Shown in pieces: positions 1-14,892 of a stretch of DNA of 64,000 nucleotides. The DNA comes from Alphaproteobacteria bacterium (lineage in GTDB: Bacteria > Pseudomonadota > Alphaproteobacteria > MPNO01 > UBA830), in NCBI GenBank assembly GCA_965243135.1, contig OZ251539.1:3136001-3200000 (forward strand), read 5' to 3'. The notes beneath the pieces are model-generated. The model ran no database searches. It was not told where the DNA came from and saw nothing but the letters and a program-made list of their open reading frames with translations. Numbering within the stretch: the stretch's first letter is position 1; every line of letters starts with the position of its first letter. A program made the position numbers and the translations under genes.

Positions 1-1
1 C

Positions 2-115
2 GAGCCGAAATCCGTTCCGCAGAGCGCGCCGCAGCCGGAACCGACTCTCTCGGCGGTGGAGCAGGAGGAGGACCTGCTCGAGATTCCCGCGTTCCTGCGC
101 CGCCAGGCGAACTGA
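2..115 (+). CDS. ftsZ: Cell division protein FtsZ, C-terminal end (partial)
   Basis: Frame 2 reads ...EQEEDLLEIPAFLRRQAN*, the conserved alphaproteobacterial FtsZ C-terminal core peptide; lies directly upstream of lpxC as in the dcw cluster. Confidence 0.93.
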   Translation, partial: EPKSVPQSAPQPEPTLSAVEQEEDLLEIPAFLRRQAN

Positions 116-122
116 GCGTCAG

Positions 123-140
123 GTAACATTCCGTAACATT
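123..140 (+). promoter_or_regulatory. Direct repeat GTAACATT x2 (10-bp period), possible OmpR/PhoB-family regulator site upstream of lpxC
   Basis: GTAACATT at 123-130 and 133-140 in an AT-rich intergenic spot (GTAAC-N5-GTAAC). Confidence 0.4.
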
Positions 141-170
141 TATTGATTTGAGGATCTTGGGGCATGCGCT

Positions 171-1100
171 ATGTTGCCCTCGGATCTTCGCCGGAGGAGA
201 TCCTGTCTTGAAGCGGGAGCGGCCGAACGGGTGACCAGACAGAGGACCTTGAAGTCTTCCGCCGGATGCGGAGGCGTCGCCTTGCATTCGGGATTGCGGA
301 CAACGCTGAAACTGATGCCGGCGGACGCGAACGCCGGCATCCGCATTCGGCGAACGGATCTTTTCAACGGCGCGCGGGAGATAACGGCCAGCTGGCGGCA
401 TGTCGTCGACACGCACCTGTCGACCACGATCGCCAACGGGCACGGCGCCGCCATCGGCACGGTGGAGCACCTGTTTTCGGCCCTGGCCTGCTGCGGGATC
501 GACAACGCCGTCGTCGAGGTCGACGGGCCGGAAATCCCGATCATGGACGGCAGCGCGGCGCCGTTCGTGTCCATGATCGAGCGCGCCGGCGTCGCCGAGC
601 AGGACGCGCCGCGCCGGGCGATCAGGGTGCTCAAGCCGGTTTCCGTGGGCGACGACCGCCGGTCGCTGTCCATCGCCCCGGCGGAAACGTTCAGCGTGGA
701 TTTCGAGATCGAGTTCGACGACGCGGCGATCGGCCGGCAGGAATATCGTTTCGAGACCGCGCGGACGGACCTCAAGACGGACATCGCCCTCGCCCGCACG
801 TTCGCCCGCCGCGCGGACGTTAACGCGTTGCTGGAGGCCGGCTACGGACGCGGCGGATCGCTCGACAACACCGTGGTCGTGGACGACGGCGAGATTCTCA
901 ACGAGGGCGGCCTTCGTTACGAGAACGAGTTCGTGCGCCACAAGATTCTCGACTGCATCGGAGATCTCTATCTGGCCGGCGGGCCGGTGATCGGCGCGGT
1001 GACCGCGCGCCGGTCGGGCCACGAACTCAACAACCTGCTGCTGCGCTCTCTCTTCGCCGATCCGGACGCATGGACCGCGGTCGAGGGGCTGCCCGCCTGA
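171..1100 (+). CDS. lpxC: UDP-3-O-acyl-N-acetylglucosamine deacetylase
   Basis: QRTLK...GVALHSG N-terminus, TVEHL, EIPIMDGSA and RHKILDCIGDL zinc motifs; true start may be GTG at 231. Confidence 0.96.
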   Translation: MLPSDLRRRRSCLEAGAAERVTRQRTLKSSAGCGGVALHSGLRTTLKLMPADANAGIRIRRTDLFNGAREITASWRHVVDTHLSTTIANGHGAAIGTVEHLFSALACCGIDNAVVEVDGPEIPIMDGSAAPFVSMIERAGVAEQDAPRRAIRVLKPVSVGDDRRSLSIAPAETFSVDFEIEFDDAAIGRQEYRFETARTDLKTDIALARTFARRADVNALLEAGYGRGGSLDNTVVVDDGEILNEGGLRYENEFVRHKILDCIGDLYLAGGPVIGAVTARRSGHELNNLLLRSLFADPDAWTAVEGLPA

Positions 1101-1121
1101 CGCGCTTCCGATTCTCCGGGA

Positions 1122-1150
1122 GTGATATTCCGCCCCTACGGTGCTATAAC
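1122..1150 (+). promoter_or_regulatory. Putative sigma70 promoter of bamD (GTGATA-N17-TATAAC, extended -10 TG), probably leaderless
   Basis: TGcTATAAC at 1142-1150; ATG 6 nt downstream at 1157 with no Shine-Dalgarno. Confidence 0.45.
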
Positions 1151-1156
1151 GCGGAC

Positions 1157-5825
<4,669 letters not shown>

Positions 5826-6234
5826 ACGGCCTCCGCCGGTGTTTCGGCGGGACCGTCCGGCGCGCGGCGTCGACCGGCTCGCGGTCGAGGCGTTGCCCGT
5901 TCCCACGTCGCCGTGCAGGAAAACGAAAGCGTGCCGATCGCGCGTGCGGTGCGGAAGAGCGTGGATGCGCCAGGGCGTCTCGTTTCCGCCGCCCGCGGTC
6001 CGTTCGCAGAAGGGCGCGACGACCGCGGAGTCTCCGACCTACCGGCCGACGCGCCCGCGCCCTGCGTCGCGGGCGAATTGCGGACGCTCTACGCGGTTCG
6101 ACCGAAGCGCGCTCCGAATCCTTCGCGACGCCCGGAAGCGCAACCTGCCGCCGGGCAGCGGGGACGACGCGCCGTTTCCGGCGATCGACGGCCGCTTGCC
6201 GCGCAGCAGTACGAGTCGTTCCGGCGCGGCGACC

Positions 6235-8145
6235 TCATATCGAGGCGGCGGCAGCGTCCAGCCAGCTTCGCGCCGAGTCGCTCAACAGCGGCGCAAGAGT
6301 CTTCCTTACCCGCGAGTGATAAGCGTTGAGCCAGCTTCGTTCGTCGGGCGCGAGCAGGGAAGGCTCGACGAGCGCAAGGTCGACGGGAGCCAGCGTGATG
6401 GTCTCTAAACTCAGCATCCCGCCTTCGGACTCGCGCACGATCACAAGGTTCTCGATACGAATGCCGTACGCGTTCGGTTCGTAGTACCCCGGTTCGTTGG
6501 AGAGAATCATGCCGGGTTCCAACGGAGCGGCGCCGCTTTTCGCGGCGATTCTCTGCGGTCCCTCGTGAACCTCCAGATAACTGCCGACGCCGTGACCCGT
6601 GCCGTGATCGTAGTCGAGCCCGGCCTGCCATAACGAAATCCGGGCCAGAGCGTCGAGCTGACCGCCGCAGGTGCCGGCGGGAAAGCGAGCGCTCGCGATC
6701 GCGATATGCCCCTTGAGCACGCGGGTGAACCTGTCTTTCGCCTCCGGCGGAACCTCGCCCCCGGGAACGAGGACGGTTCGGGTCACGTCGGTCGTGCCGT
6801 CGAGATACTGCCCGCCCGAATCCACGAGATACAGGTCGCCCGGACGCAGCGTCCGGTCGCTTTCGGCGGTGACCCGGTAGTGAACGATCGCGCCGTTGGG
6901 TCCCGAACCCGAAATCGTTTCGAAGCTCGCGCCGCGGAAAACGTCGCCCGCTTCGCGGAAACGCCGCAGGCGATCCGCCGCCGAACGCTCGGTAACGGTT
7001 CCGGCCGGGCCGGCGCGCGAAAGCCACGCCAGAAATTCGCAGAGCGCTACGCCGTCCCGCACATGGCAGGCCCGCGCGCCGTCCAGTTCGACGCGGTTTT
7101 TCCTCGCCTTCGGCAGCAGGCAGGGATCGTCGCCTTCCGAGACCTTCGCCCCTGCGGACCGCAAACGGGTATCGACCCATACGGAGGCGGACTCCGGATC
7201 GAGGAGGACCCTGGATCCGCCCAGGGCATCGATGCGCTCCGGAAACGCGCCCGGCTCGAGAACGGACACGCCGTCGAGTCGGTCGCGAAGGTCGCCGACA
7301 AGCTTGCGTTCGTCGACGAACCACTCCACGGCGCCGTCGCCGCGCAGAATCGCGCGGCTCAGCGGCAGCGGCGCGAAAGCGACGTCGGAGCCGCGCACGT
7401 TGAGCAGCCATGCTATGGAATCCGGCTTCACGAGCACCGCGGCGTCGCAATCGGCTTCGACGACGATCCGGGCGACTTCCCGCCGCTTTTCCTCGCCGCC
7501 GCGGCCGGAGTAGCGCAGATCGTGAGGCCGAATCGGCCCGAGCGGCCGAGGAGGCTGGTCGACCCATAAAGCGTCGACAGGATTGACGTCGAGCGGAACG
7601 AGTGCCGCGGCAACGGCGTCCAGTTGCCGAAGGTCGTTCGGCGTGTGCAGCCACGGGTCGAAACCGATGCGTCCTTCCCCATGGTCTTTCAGCCACTCGG
7701 CGGGAGACGACCGCGTCAGGCGGCGCGGTTCAAGCGTTTTCGTGTCCACTTCGGATTCAACCTGCAGAGTGTATCGTCCGTCCACGAATATGGCCGCCTT
7801 GTCCGCCAGCACGACCGCCAAGCCAGCGGAGCCGGTGAAGCCGGTCAACCAGCTCAGCCGTCGCGCATGCGGCGGAATGAACTCTCCTCCGTATTCATCC
7901 GCGACAGGGACGAGGAAACCGTTCAACCCGCGCGCGGCGAGTTCCGAGCGCAGCGCCGAGATCCGATCTCGCGGCGCCGGGCCTGACGCCGGCTCTGCGC
8001 GACAGGCCTCCACCTGCCGACGCGCCTCCGCCGGATCGGCATGCGGCAGGAGTCGCGAAAGGATCCCGACGGCATCCGGGGCGCCGGTGTCGAACGCCGA
8101 AGCGGCCACGCCGCGCACCGTCTCGGCAGCGTTCCGAGGCGTCAT
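6235..8145 (-). CDS. Xaa-Pro aminopeptidase (aminopeptidase P, M24B)
   Basis: WLTGFTGSAG, FVDGRYTLQ, DSGGQYLDGTTDVTRT, HGTGHGVG, VHEGPQ, SNEPGYY, GIRIENL metal-site motifs. Confidence 0.95.
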   Translation of the reverse strand: MTPRNAAETVRGVAASAFDTGAPDAVGILSRLLPHADPAEARRQVEACRAEPASGPAPRDRISALRSELAARGLNGFLVPVADEYGGEFIPPHARRLSWLTGFTGSAGLAVVLADKAAIFVDGRYTLQVESEVDTKTLEPRRLTRSSPAEWLKDHGEGRIGFDPWLHTPNDLRQLDAVAAALVPLDVNPVDALWVDQPPRPLGPIRPHDLRYSGRGGEEKRREVARIVVEADCDAAVLVKPDSIAWLLNVRGSDVAFAPLPLSRAILRGDGAVEWFVDERKLVGDLRDRLDGVSVLEPGAFPERIDALGGSRVLLDPESASVWVDTRLRSAGAKVSEGDDPCLLPKARKNRVELDGARACHVRDGVALCEFLAWLSRAGPAGTVTERSAADRLRRFREAGDVFRGASFETISGSGPNGAIVHYRVTAESDRTLRPGDLYLVDSGGQYLDGTTDVTRTVLVPGGEVPPEAKDRFTRVLKGHIAIASARFPAGTCGGQLDALARISLWQAGLDYDHGTGHGVGSYLEVHEGPQRIAAKSGAAPLEPGMILSNEPGYYEPNAYGIRIENLVIVRESEGGMLSLETITLAPVDLALVEPSLLAPDERSWLNAYHSRVRKTLAPLLSDSARSWLDAAAASI

Positions 8146-8520
8146 TCGCCCTCCGCCGCAGAGCCCCTCGAACGGCGCGTTGCCCTCGCCGCCCGGTCGA
8201 CCTCGCCGGTACGGTTTCCGGCTCGGCCGAGCGAACGTCGCGCGAGGCGCGACTCAGGAAACAGCCTCATGCGTCCATTCTCCAAGAACCGATCACTGCG
8301 CACTGTCCGAGTATATCTTTTCCTGAAGGTCGCGGAAGCGCGACCGCCTTGAGGCATTTGCGCCACGCCGTTTTCTTTTCGGCCAACCTCCGGTCGGCAG
8401 GGCGCAGCAGCGAGAAGTTCCGCGCCGCGCGGCGCCGTGGCCAGGAAAGTCTCTGCACGGCGCCTTCTTGCGCTCCGGAAAGCGCGGCGAGCGGCGGCCG
8501 ACAGGGGAGGCGCCGGAAAC

Positions 8521-9378
8521 TCACCGGCGAGCCAGGCAAAGCGTGCTCCAGGAACCCACGAACACCCGGTCCGCGACCTCGAAGCTTCGCGCTTCGTAGG
8601 CCGCCGCGAGCGCATCCGCCCGATCGCCGAACAGGCCGGACAATACAACCCTGCCGTCGTCGGCGAGCGCCGCCTCGATCTCGACGGCCATGTCGGCGAG
8701 CGCCTCCTCGACGATATTGGCGACGATCAGATCGTAGGGCCGGTTGCGGCGCGCGACTTCATGGCCGAAGCCCCGACTCTCGACAACGGAAACGCGATCC
8801 GCCACGCCGTTCAATGCGACGTTTCGCCGCGCCACTTCGACCGCGACCGAATCGATGTCGCCGGCTACGACCTGCGCCCCGAAGCGCTTGGCCAGCGCGA
8901 TCGCAAGAATGCCGCTTCCGGTGCCTATGTCGGCCGCCCACGCCGGGCCCGCGCCCGGCAGCCTTTCGAACGCCCTCAGACAACCCTCCGTCGTCTCGTG
9001 ACGCCCGGTGCCGAAGGCCAGCCCGGCGTCGATGCGAATGGCCACAAGGCCTCGGGGCGGCTCCTCCGAGACATGCGAACCGGCAACGTAGTACCGGTCG
9101 ATCTGCAGCGGAGGCGACGACTCCCTGTAAGCCGCGATCCAATCGATCTCTTCGGTGCGCCTGAAGGAAACGGACCGCGCGCCTCCGGCCGCCGACAGCG
9201 CCCGTTCGACATCGGCGAACGCCGGCTTCGCGCGGAAATACCCCGTAACTCGCCACGTCTCCGAGGACTCGTCGACGAAGGCGGCGACCGCGACCGCGAG
9301 TTCTTCGAGCGCCGCCTCGAAAACGGGCAGGCGAGACCTGTCCGCGAACTCGACGACCACCTCCCACGCCCCGCTCAT
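8521..9378 (-). CDS. prmA: 50S ribosomal protein L11 methyltransferase
   Basis: IDAGLAFGTGRHETT, DIGTGSGILAI, YDLIVANI, LSGL. Confidence 0.92.
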   Translation of the reverse strand: MSGAWEVVVEFADRSRLPVFEAALEELAVAVAAFVDESSETWRVTGYFRAKPAFADVERALSAAGGARSVSFRRTEEIDWIAAYRESSPPLQIDRYYVAGSHVSEEPPRGLVAIRIDAGLAFGTGRHETTEGCLRAFERLPGAGPAWAADIGTGSGILAIALAKRFGAQVVAGDIDSVAVEVARRNVALNGVADRVSVVESRGFGHEVARRNRPYDLIVANIVEEALADMAVEIEAALADDGRVVLSGLFGDRADALAAAYEARSFEVADRVFVGSWSTLCLARR

Positions 9379-11552
9379 GCGGGTTTCACGGAGCTCGCCT
9401 CGACCTCCTTGTCACCGGCTTTCTCGAACGCAACCCCCAGCACGCCGCCTCGGCGGTACCGCACCGTGCCGTATCCGAATTTCTGGTGAAAGACGCGCAT
9501 GCCCTCCGTTAGCCGCCCTTCCCTCGACCGGCGGCCGCGGCGGCGCGCCATCATGCGCCGATATCCAGGTCCCCGGCCGGGGCGGGCGCGGTCCGGTTCC
9601 GCCGCCCCCGCCGAGCTCCTCCCTTGCGTCCTTTCAACGTCCGGCGAATTCAGTTCGTCGACGAACCGCGACACCGGAGCGGCCACCCAGTTGTTGTGCA
9701 CGCGTCGACTCGCAGCGTAGGAAACCCATACCCGGCGCTTGGCGCGGGTGATCCCGACATAAGCCAGCCGACGCTCCTCTTCCAGCGCAGCGTCCTTCCT
9801 TTCTTCCAGGGAACGGCGATTGGGAAAGATGTTTTCTTCCCACGCCGGAAGAAATACGTGCGCGAACTCCAATCCCTTGGCCGCATGCAACGTCATGAGG
9901 CTGACCATCTCGGGACCGCCGCTCTCTTCGCGATCCATCACGAGGCTGACATGTTCGAGGAATTCGGGCAGCGACCGGAATTCGGAGATCGCCGACACGA
10001 GTTCCTCCAGGTTCTCGATCCGGCCGGGCGCATCGATGCCCGGATCCGCCTTCCACATCGCCGCGTAGCCGGATTCTTCCAGTACGACCTCGGCCAGTTC
10101 CTCGGGGGGGACCTTCATCGCGCGCCAACGGTCAAGCTGCTCGATCAACCCGCCCAACGCGGCGCGGGCGCGGGCCGGCGCTCCGCCAGCCTCGATCAGT
10201 TGGCGGACAGCCTTCTGCAGCGGCGCCGACCGGTCGCGCGCGAAAGCGCGCAACGTCGTAAGCGTAGCCTCGCCGATCCCGCGGCGCGGGACGTTTACGA
10301 TGCGCTCCAGCGCCAGATCGTCGGCCGGATGAGCGACCGCGCGAAGATAGGCGACCGCATCCCGGATTTCCCGGCGTTCGTAGAACCGCGGTCCGCCGAC
10401 CACCCGGTAGGGCACGGCGATATCGAGCAGGCGATCCTCGAACTCTCGCATAAGGAAAGACGCGCGCACCAGTATCGCCACCTCGTCGAGCGACTCGGCC
10501 CGGCGTTGCAATTCCAAAATCCTTTCTCCGACGAAGGCGGCTTCCGCCTCGCCGCTCTGAAACGAGCGCACCGCCACCGGATGGCCGTCTCTCGCGTCGG
10601 TCCAGAGAGTCTTGCCCAACCGCTTGCGATTGCGCGAGATCACTTGCGAGGCGGCGTCAAGCAACGGCTGCGTCGACCGGTAGTTCTGCTCGAGCCGCAC
10701 GACCCGCGCTCCGGGAAACTCCTGCTCGAACCGCAGGATGTTGCCGACTTCGGCGCCGCGCCAACTGTAAATCGACTGATCGTCGTCGCCGACGCAACAA
10801 ATGTTGTTGCGCCCCTGCGCCAGCAACCGCAGCCAGAGGTACTGCGCGACGTTCGAGTCCTGATATTCGTCGACGAGAATGTAGCGAAACCGGTCCGCCC
10901 ACGAAGCGAGGACCTCGGAATTTTCCCTGAAGAGAGTTACGCAATGCAACAGCAGGTCGCCGAAGTCGACCGCGTTGAGCGTCGTCAGGCGGTCCTGATA
11001 CGACCGGTAGAGCGAGCCGATTCGCCCGTCCGCGAACGCGCCGTTCGACGAGCCGTCCTCCTCCGGCGCGAGTCCCCGATCCTTGAGGCGTTCTATCTCG
11101 GCGTGAACGGCGCGGGCCGGCCATTGCTTCTCGTCGATCTTCTCTTCGCCGCAAATCCGTTTGACCAGCCGAATCTGATCGTCCTGATCGAGGATGGTGA
11201 AATCCGCGCCGAGGCCGACTAGCCCGGCGTGGCGGCGCAGAATGCGGGCCGCGACCGAATGAAACGTGCCGATCCAGAGGCCGTCCACCGAGCTTCCGAT
11301 CATCGCGGCGACGCGGTCCGACATCTCGCGCGCGGCCTTGTTGGTGAACGTCACCGCCAGAATCTGTTCGGGCCAGGCGCGGCGCGTTTTCAGTATGTGC
11401 GCGATTCGCGTGGTAAGCACCCTGGTCTTGCCGGTGCCTGCCCCGGCAAGCACCAGAAGCGGTCCGTCGACGGCTTCGACGGCCTCGCGCTGCGGCCCGT
11501 TCAGCCTTTCGAAATACGGCGGCGCGTCCGAGGCATGGAGATCGTTGCTCAT
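9375..11552 (-). CDS. uvrD: ATP-dependent DNA helicase UvrD/PcrA
   Basis: LAGAGTGKT, VDEYQD, VGDDDQSIYSWRGA, LEQNYRST, MTLHAAKGLEF, EEERRLAYVGITRA; C-terminal Tudor-like RVFHQKFGYG. Confidence 0.95.
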   Translation of the reverse strand: MSNDLHASDAPPYFERLNGPQREAVEAVDGPLLVLAGAGTGKTRVLTTRIAHILKTRRAWPEQILAVTFTNKAAREMSDRVAAMIGSSVDGLWIGTFHSVAARILRRHAGLVGLGADFTILDQDDQIRLVKRICGEEKIDEKQWPARAVHAEIERLKDRGLAPEEDGSSNGAFADGRIGSLYRSYQDRLTTLNAVDFGDLLLHCVTLFRENSEVLASWADRFRYILVDEYQDSNVAQYLWLRLLAQGRNNICCVGDDDQSIYSWRGAEVGNILRFEQEFPGARVVRLEQNYRSTQPLLDAASQVISRNRKRLGKTLWTDARDGHPVAVRSFQSGEAEAAFVGERILELQRRAESLDEVAILVRASFLMREFEDRLLDIAVPYRVVGGPRFYERREIRDAVAYLRAVAHPADDLALERIVNVPRRGIGEATLTTLRAFARDRSAPLQKAVRQLIEAGGAPARARAALGGLIEQLDRWRAMKVPPEELAEVVLEESGYAAMWKADPGIDAPGRIENLEELVSAISEFRSLPEFLEHVSLVMDREESGGPEMVSLMTLHAAKGLEFAHVFLPAWEENIFPNRRSLEERKDAALEEERRLAYVGITRAKRRVWVSYAASRRVHNNWVAAPVSRFVDELNSPDVERTQGRSSAGAAEPDRARPGRGPGYRRMMARRRGRRSREGRLTEGMRVFHQKFGYGTVRYRRGGVLGVAFEKAGDKEVEASSVKPA

Positions 11553-11662
11553 GGAGGAATCAGCCGCCTTCGCGCAGCGGTTGGACTATCGCGCCGACCG
11601 GCCTATCTTGAAGACGGCAGCCGCGCATTGCGGAATGTCGCGTTCCCTGTGGAGGCGCCGAC

Positions 11663-12640
11663 ATGAATCGCATCCTTTATACCCTCCTTGCCATTGTTCT
11701 GCCATTGACGGCGACGGCGCAGCCTTCCCCGGCGCTTCTTTCTTCGATCGTCAAGATCAACGCGACGATATCGGAGGAGGCGCGGACCGCTTCGGGCCTC
11801 GGGACCGAACGGGAGGGCAACGGAGTGCTCATCGACGACGACGGGCTGATCGTCACGATCGGATACCTGATCCTCGAAGCGATCGCGGTAAAGGTGGAGT
11901 TCGCGGGCGGCGTCGTGAAGACGGCCGAGATCGTGGCCTACGACCACGACACCGGTTTCGGCCTGGTGCGAACGCGGCCGCCGCCCGGCGTGGCCTCGCT
12001 GGATCTCGGACGTTCCGGCGACCTCGAGCCGGGCCAGCAAGTGCTGGTGGCGGGGTTCGGCGGACAGGACGATGCGATGGGAGCGCTCGTCGTCGACCGG
12101 CGCGAGTTCGCCGGATACTGGGAATATTTGCTCAAGAACGCGATCTTCGTTTCGCCTCCCTACCCGCGGTTCGGCGGCGCGGCCCTCATCGACGGCCGGG
12201 GCGAACTGGTCGGCATCGGCTCGCTCATCGTTCCCAACGCCCTCGAACGGAACGACGGTATCGTGCCCGGCAACATGTTCGTTCCGATCGACGCGCTGAA
12301 GGCGGTCCTCGGCGACCTGATCGCCCACGGCCGATCCCTTCGCCGCAACCGTCCCTGGCTCGGCTTGCAGTCGGAAGCGGTGCGCGGCCGCATTTTCGTC
12401 GCGCGGGTGCCGAAAAGCGGCCCGGCGTGGGCGGCCGGCATCCGGCCCGGCGATCTGGTGCTGAGCGTCGCCGACAAGCCGGTCGAAAGCCTCGCGGATT
12501 TCTATCGCGAAATCTGGGCCCTCGGCGAACCGGGCGTGGTCGTGCCCCTGCGGATATTGCGCGGCAATGCGCTGCAGGATCTCGATATCCGTTCCATCGA
12601 CAGGTCCGATTGGCTGAAACCGTCGCCGAATCGCTCCTGA
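11663..12640 (+). CDS. Secreted trypsin-like (S1C/HtrA-like) PDZ protein, catalytic residues absent
   Basis: Signal peptide; GNGVLID, GGAALIDGRGELVGIGS, RPWLG and GPA..AGIRPGD PDZ motifs. Confidence 0.85.
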   Translation: MNRILYTLLAIVLPLTATAQPSPALLSSIVKINATISEEARTASGLGTEREGNGVLIDDDGLIVTIGYLILEAIAVKVEFAGGVVKTAEIVAYDHDTGFGLVRTRPPPGVASLDLGRSGDLEPGQQVLVAGFGGQDDAMGALVVDRREFAGYWEYLLKNAIFVSPPYPRFGGAALIDGRGELVGIGSLIVPNALERNDGIVPGNMFVPIDALKAVLGDLIAHGRSLRRNRPWLGLQSEAVRGRIFVARVPKSGPAWAAGIRPGDLVLSVADKPVESLADFYREIWALGEPGVVVPLRILRGNALQDLDIRSIDRSDWLKPSPNRS

Positions 12641-12738
12641 CGAGCCGGGGGGCGCTCGCGGCGAAGGGCGGGGTCGTCCTCTCTCGCGAAACGAATCCTC
12701 GAGATGACCCGGAGCCGGCGGCGGAACGCGCGGCGGCT

Positions 12739-14490
12739 TCATACCTCGCCGCGCTCTTCGCGGCGCGCGTCAACGAGCGCCCGGTTGTACACCTGCATCA
12801 CGTCGATCTCGTGAACGAAGCCCACAAGCCGCATCGTCTCGTGATTCTCGACGACGGCGAGATGCTCTTCGCCGACAGTGCGCATCGTCTTCAGCGCATG
12901 CTCCAGGCTATCCTCCTGCCGCAGCGTCGGAGGATGAAGGCGCGCGACGTCGCCGGCGTTGACGACGTCGTCGATCGAATGGTCGAATGCGCCCTCCGCC
13001 AGATCGGCAAGCGTTATCGTGCCCTCCAGCGCTCCTTGGGCGTTCACCACGAACAGTTCCCCGTGCGGCGCCGCCAGAAGCCTTTCCCGGATTCCGTTCA
13101 TGTCCAGCGAGGGGTCGACGACGGTGAAATCGCGGCTCATCACGTCGGCCACGCGCGTCGACTCCATCAGGCTCAGCTCGCGGGCGCCCTTGAGCGTGAC
13201 GCCGCGCCGGTCAAGCTGCCACATGAAGAACGATTGGCCGCGCACCTGCTGGGTAATCACCGTCGCGATGACCACCGCCACCATGACGGCGATGGTAAGC
13301 GCGTAATTGGCGGTCAACTCGAACACGATCAATATGGTCGACACGGGCGCGCCGAGAACGGCTCCCGAAACCGCCCCCAGTCCGACCAGCGTGTAGGCCG
13401 AATGGCCGGACGACAGCTCGGGGAATATCTGCGTCGCCACGATGCCGAACGCGCCGCCCACCATCGCGCCGATGAACAGCGACGGGCTGAACACGCCGCC
13501 GCCGAATCCGCAGCCCAGGCAGACCGCGGTCGCGGCCGTCTTCGCCGCGATCAACGCGACCAGGATGGCGAGATCGTATCGGCCCTGAAGCGCCTCGTCG
13601 GTGGCCTCGTACCCCACCCCCAGCACCTGCGGAAAGGCGAGCGCGATAACGCCGACGCACAGCCCGGCCGCCATCGGTCGAGCCCATCCGGGCACCCGCA
13701 ACCTGTCCGCGGCCTCCGCCGCGAACGCGATCGAACGGAGAAGAATGATCGCGGTCAGCGCGCAAACGCCGCCCAGAAGCGCGAACGCGGGAAGTTCCCA
13801 GAAGGAGACGATCGACTGGTCGGGAATGATGAACGCCGGAAAGTCCCCGAAATAAAGCCGGGAGATCATGGTGCCGGCCACGCTCGCGATCACGATCGGC
13901 GCAAACGCGCTGAGCGCGTAGTGGCCGACCACCACCTCGAGCGCGAAAAACACTCCGGCGATGGGCGCGTTGAACGATGCGGCGACCGCGGAAGCTACGC
14001 CGCAGCCAAGCAGCGTCACGGCCTGCGATCTGCTGAGGCGCAGCCGGGTCGCGACGAAGGACGACAGCGTCGCCCCGAGGTGAACGACCGGTCCCTCGCG
14101 CCCGACCGAAGCGCCGACGCCTATGGACGCTGCGCTGACGGCGGCGGCGCTCAACCCCTCCCGCAGCGTGATCCTGCCGGATCGCAGCGCGGCCGCCTCC
14201 ATTACGTCGGCGACTCCCCGGTTTCGCCGGCCCGGCATCAGGTAATGGACGAAGAGGCCGATCGCCAGCCCTCCCAGCGTCGGCACCGCGACGAGTTGCC
14301 ATTTCGGCAGGTCGCCGGCGAAAAACGACATCGCCTCCAGCGATCCCCCGAACGCGCCGGCCTGCGCGAGGACCACGACCTCGCGAAACACGACCGCGCC
14401 GAACGCGGCCGCCGAGCCCGCGACGATCGCGAGCAGAATCAGCACGGCTTGCCGATTGTAGACGATCCGGTGCACGGCCAGCCGCGTCAT
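12739..14490 (-). CDS. CLC-family chloride channel/H+ antiporter with CBS domains
   Basis: GASVGREGPVVH (gating Glu), FNAPIAGVFFALE, GGVFSPSL; C-terminal CBS pair. Confidence 0.93.
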   Translation of the reverse strand: MTRLAVHRIVYNRQAVLILLAIVAGSAAAFGAVVFREVVVLAQAGAFGGSLEAMSFFAGDLPKWQLVAVPTLGGLAIGLFVHYLMPGRRNRGVADVMEAAALRSGRITLREGLSAAAVSAASIGVGASVGREGPVVHLGATLSSFVATRLRLSRSQAVTLLGCGVASAVAASFNAPIAGVFFALEVVVGHYALSAFAPIVIASVAGTMISRLYFGDFPAFIIPDQSIVSFWELPAFALLGGVCALTAIILLRSIAFAAEAADRLRVPGWARPMAAGLCVGVIALAFPQVLGVGYEATDEALQGRYDLAILVALIAAKTAATAVCLGCGFGGGVFSPSLFIGAMVGGAFGIVATQIFPELSSGHSAYTLVGLGAVSGAVLGAPVSTILIVFELTANYALTIAVMVAVVIATVITQQVRGQSFFMWQLDRRGVTLKGARELSLMESTRVADVMSRDFTVVDPSLDMNGIRERLLAAPHGELFVVNAQGALEGTITLADLAEGAFDHSIDDVVNAGDVARLHPPTLRQEDSLEHALKTMRTVGEEHLAVVENHETMRLVGFVHEIDVMQVYNRALVDARREERGEV

Positions 14491-14892
14491 GCTCCGACGC
14501 CCGACGGAAGGACGGCCCGAACGGCAAGCGCTTCGCAAAATGGATTCAACGGGTTGAAAACCATCCTGTCATACGTATCGCGCTCCGCTAACGGCGAAAA
14601 GCAAAAAATGCAGATCCCTCGGGCAGTTCGATCGGCCGGGACGCCGCGCTGCCTTGCCCGGACGGGCAAAAGGCAACCGAACTCGGCGGAAACGAAAGGA
14701 CGTCAGCGTCTCCGGAAGAGCGAGACTCCGCGCAAATCGTCGGGACGGATTATTCGGAGCGTCTTCGCGCATGAAATCACGTTCTTGCGCGTGAACGTTC
14801 CGGCGGAGACGCCGGGTTTCTCCGGGTCGGTGGACGAGCCCGAGTCGAAGGAAACGTACGGGATCGCGGAAACGGCATTTCCACTTCGGCCA

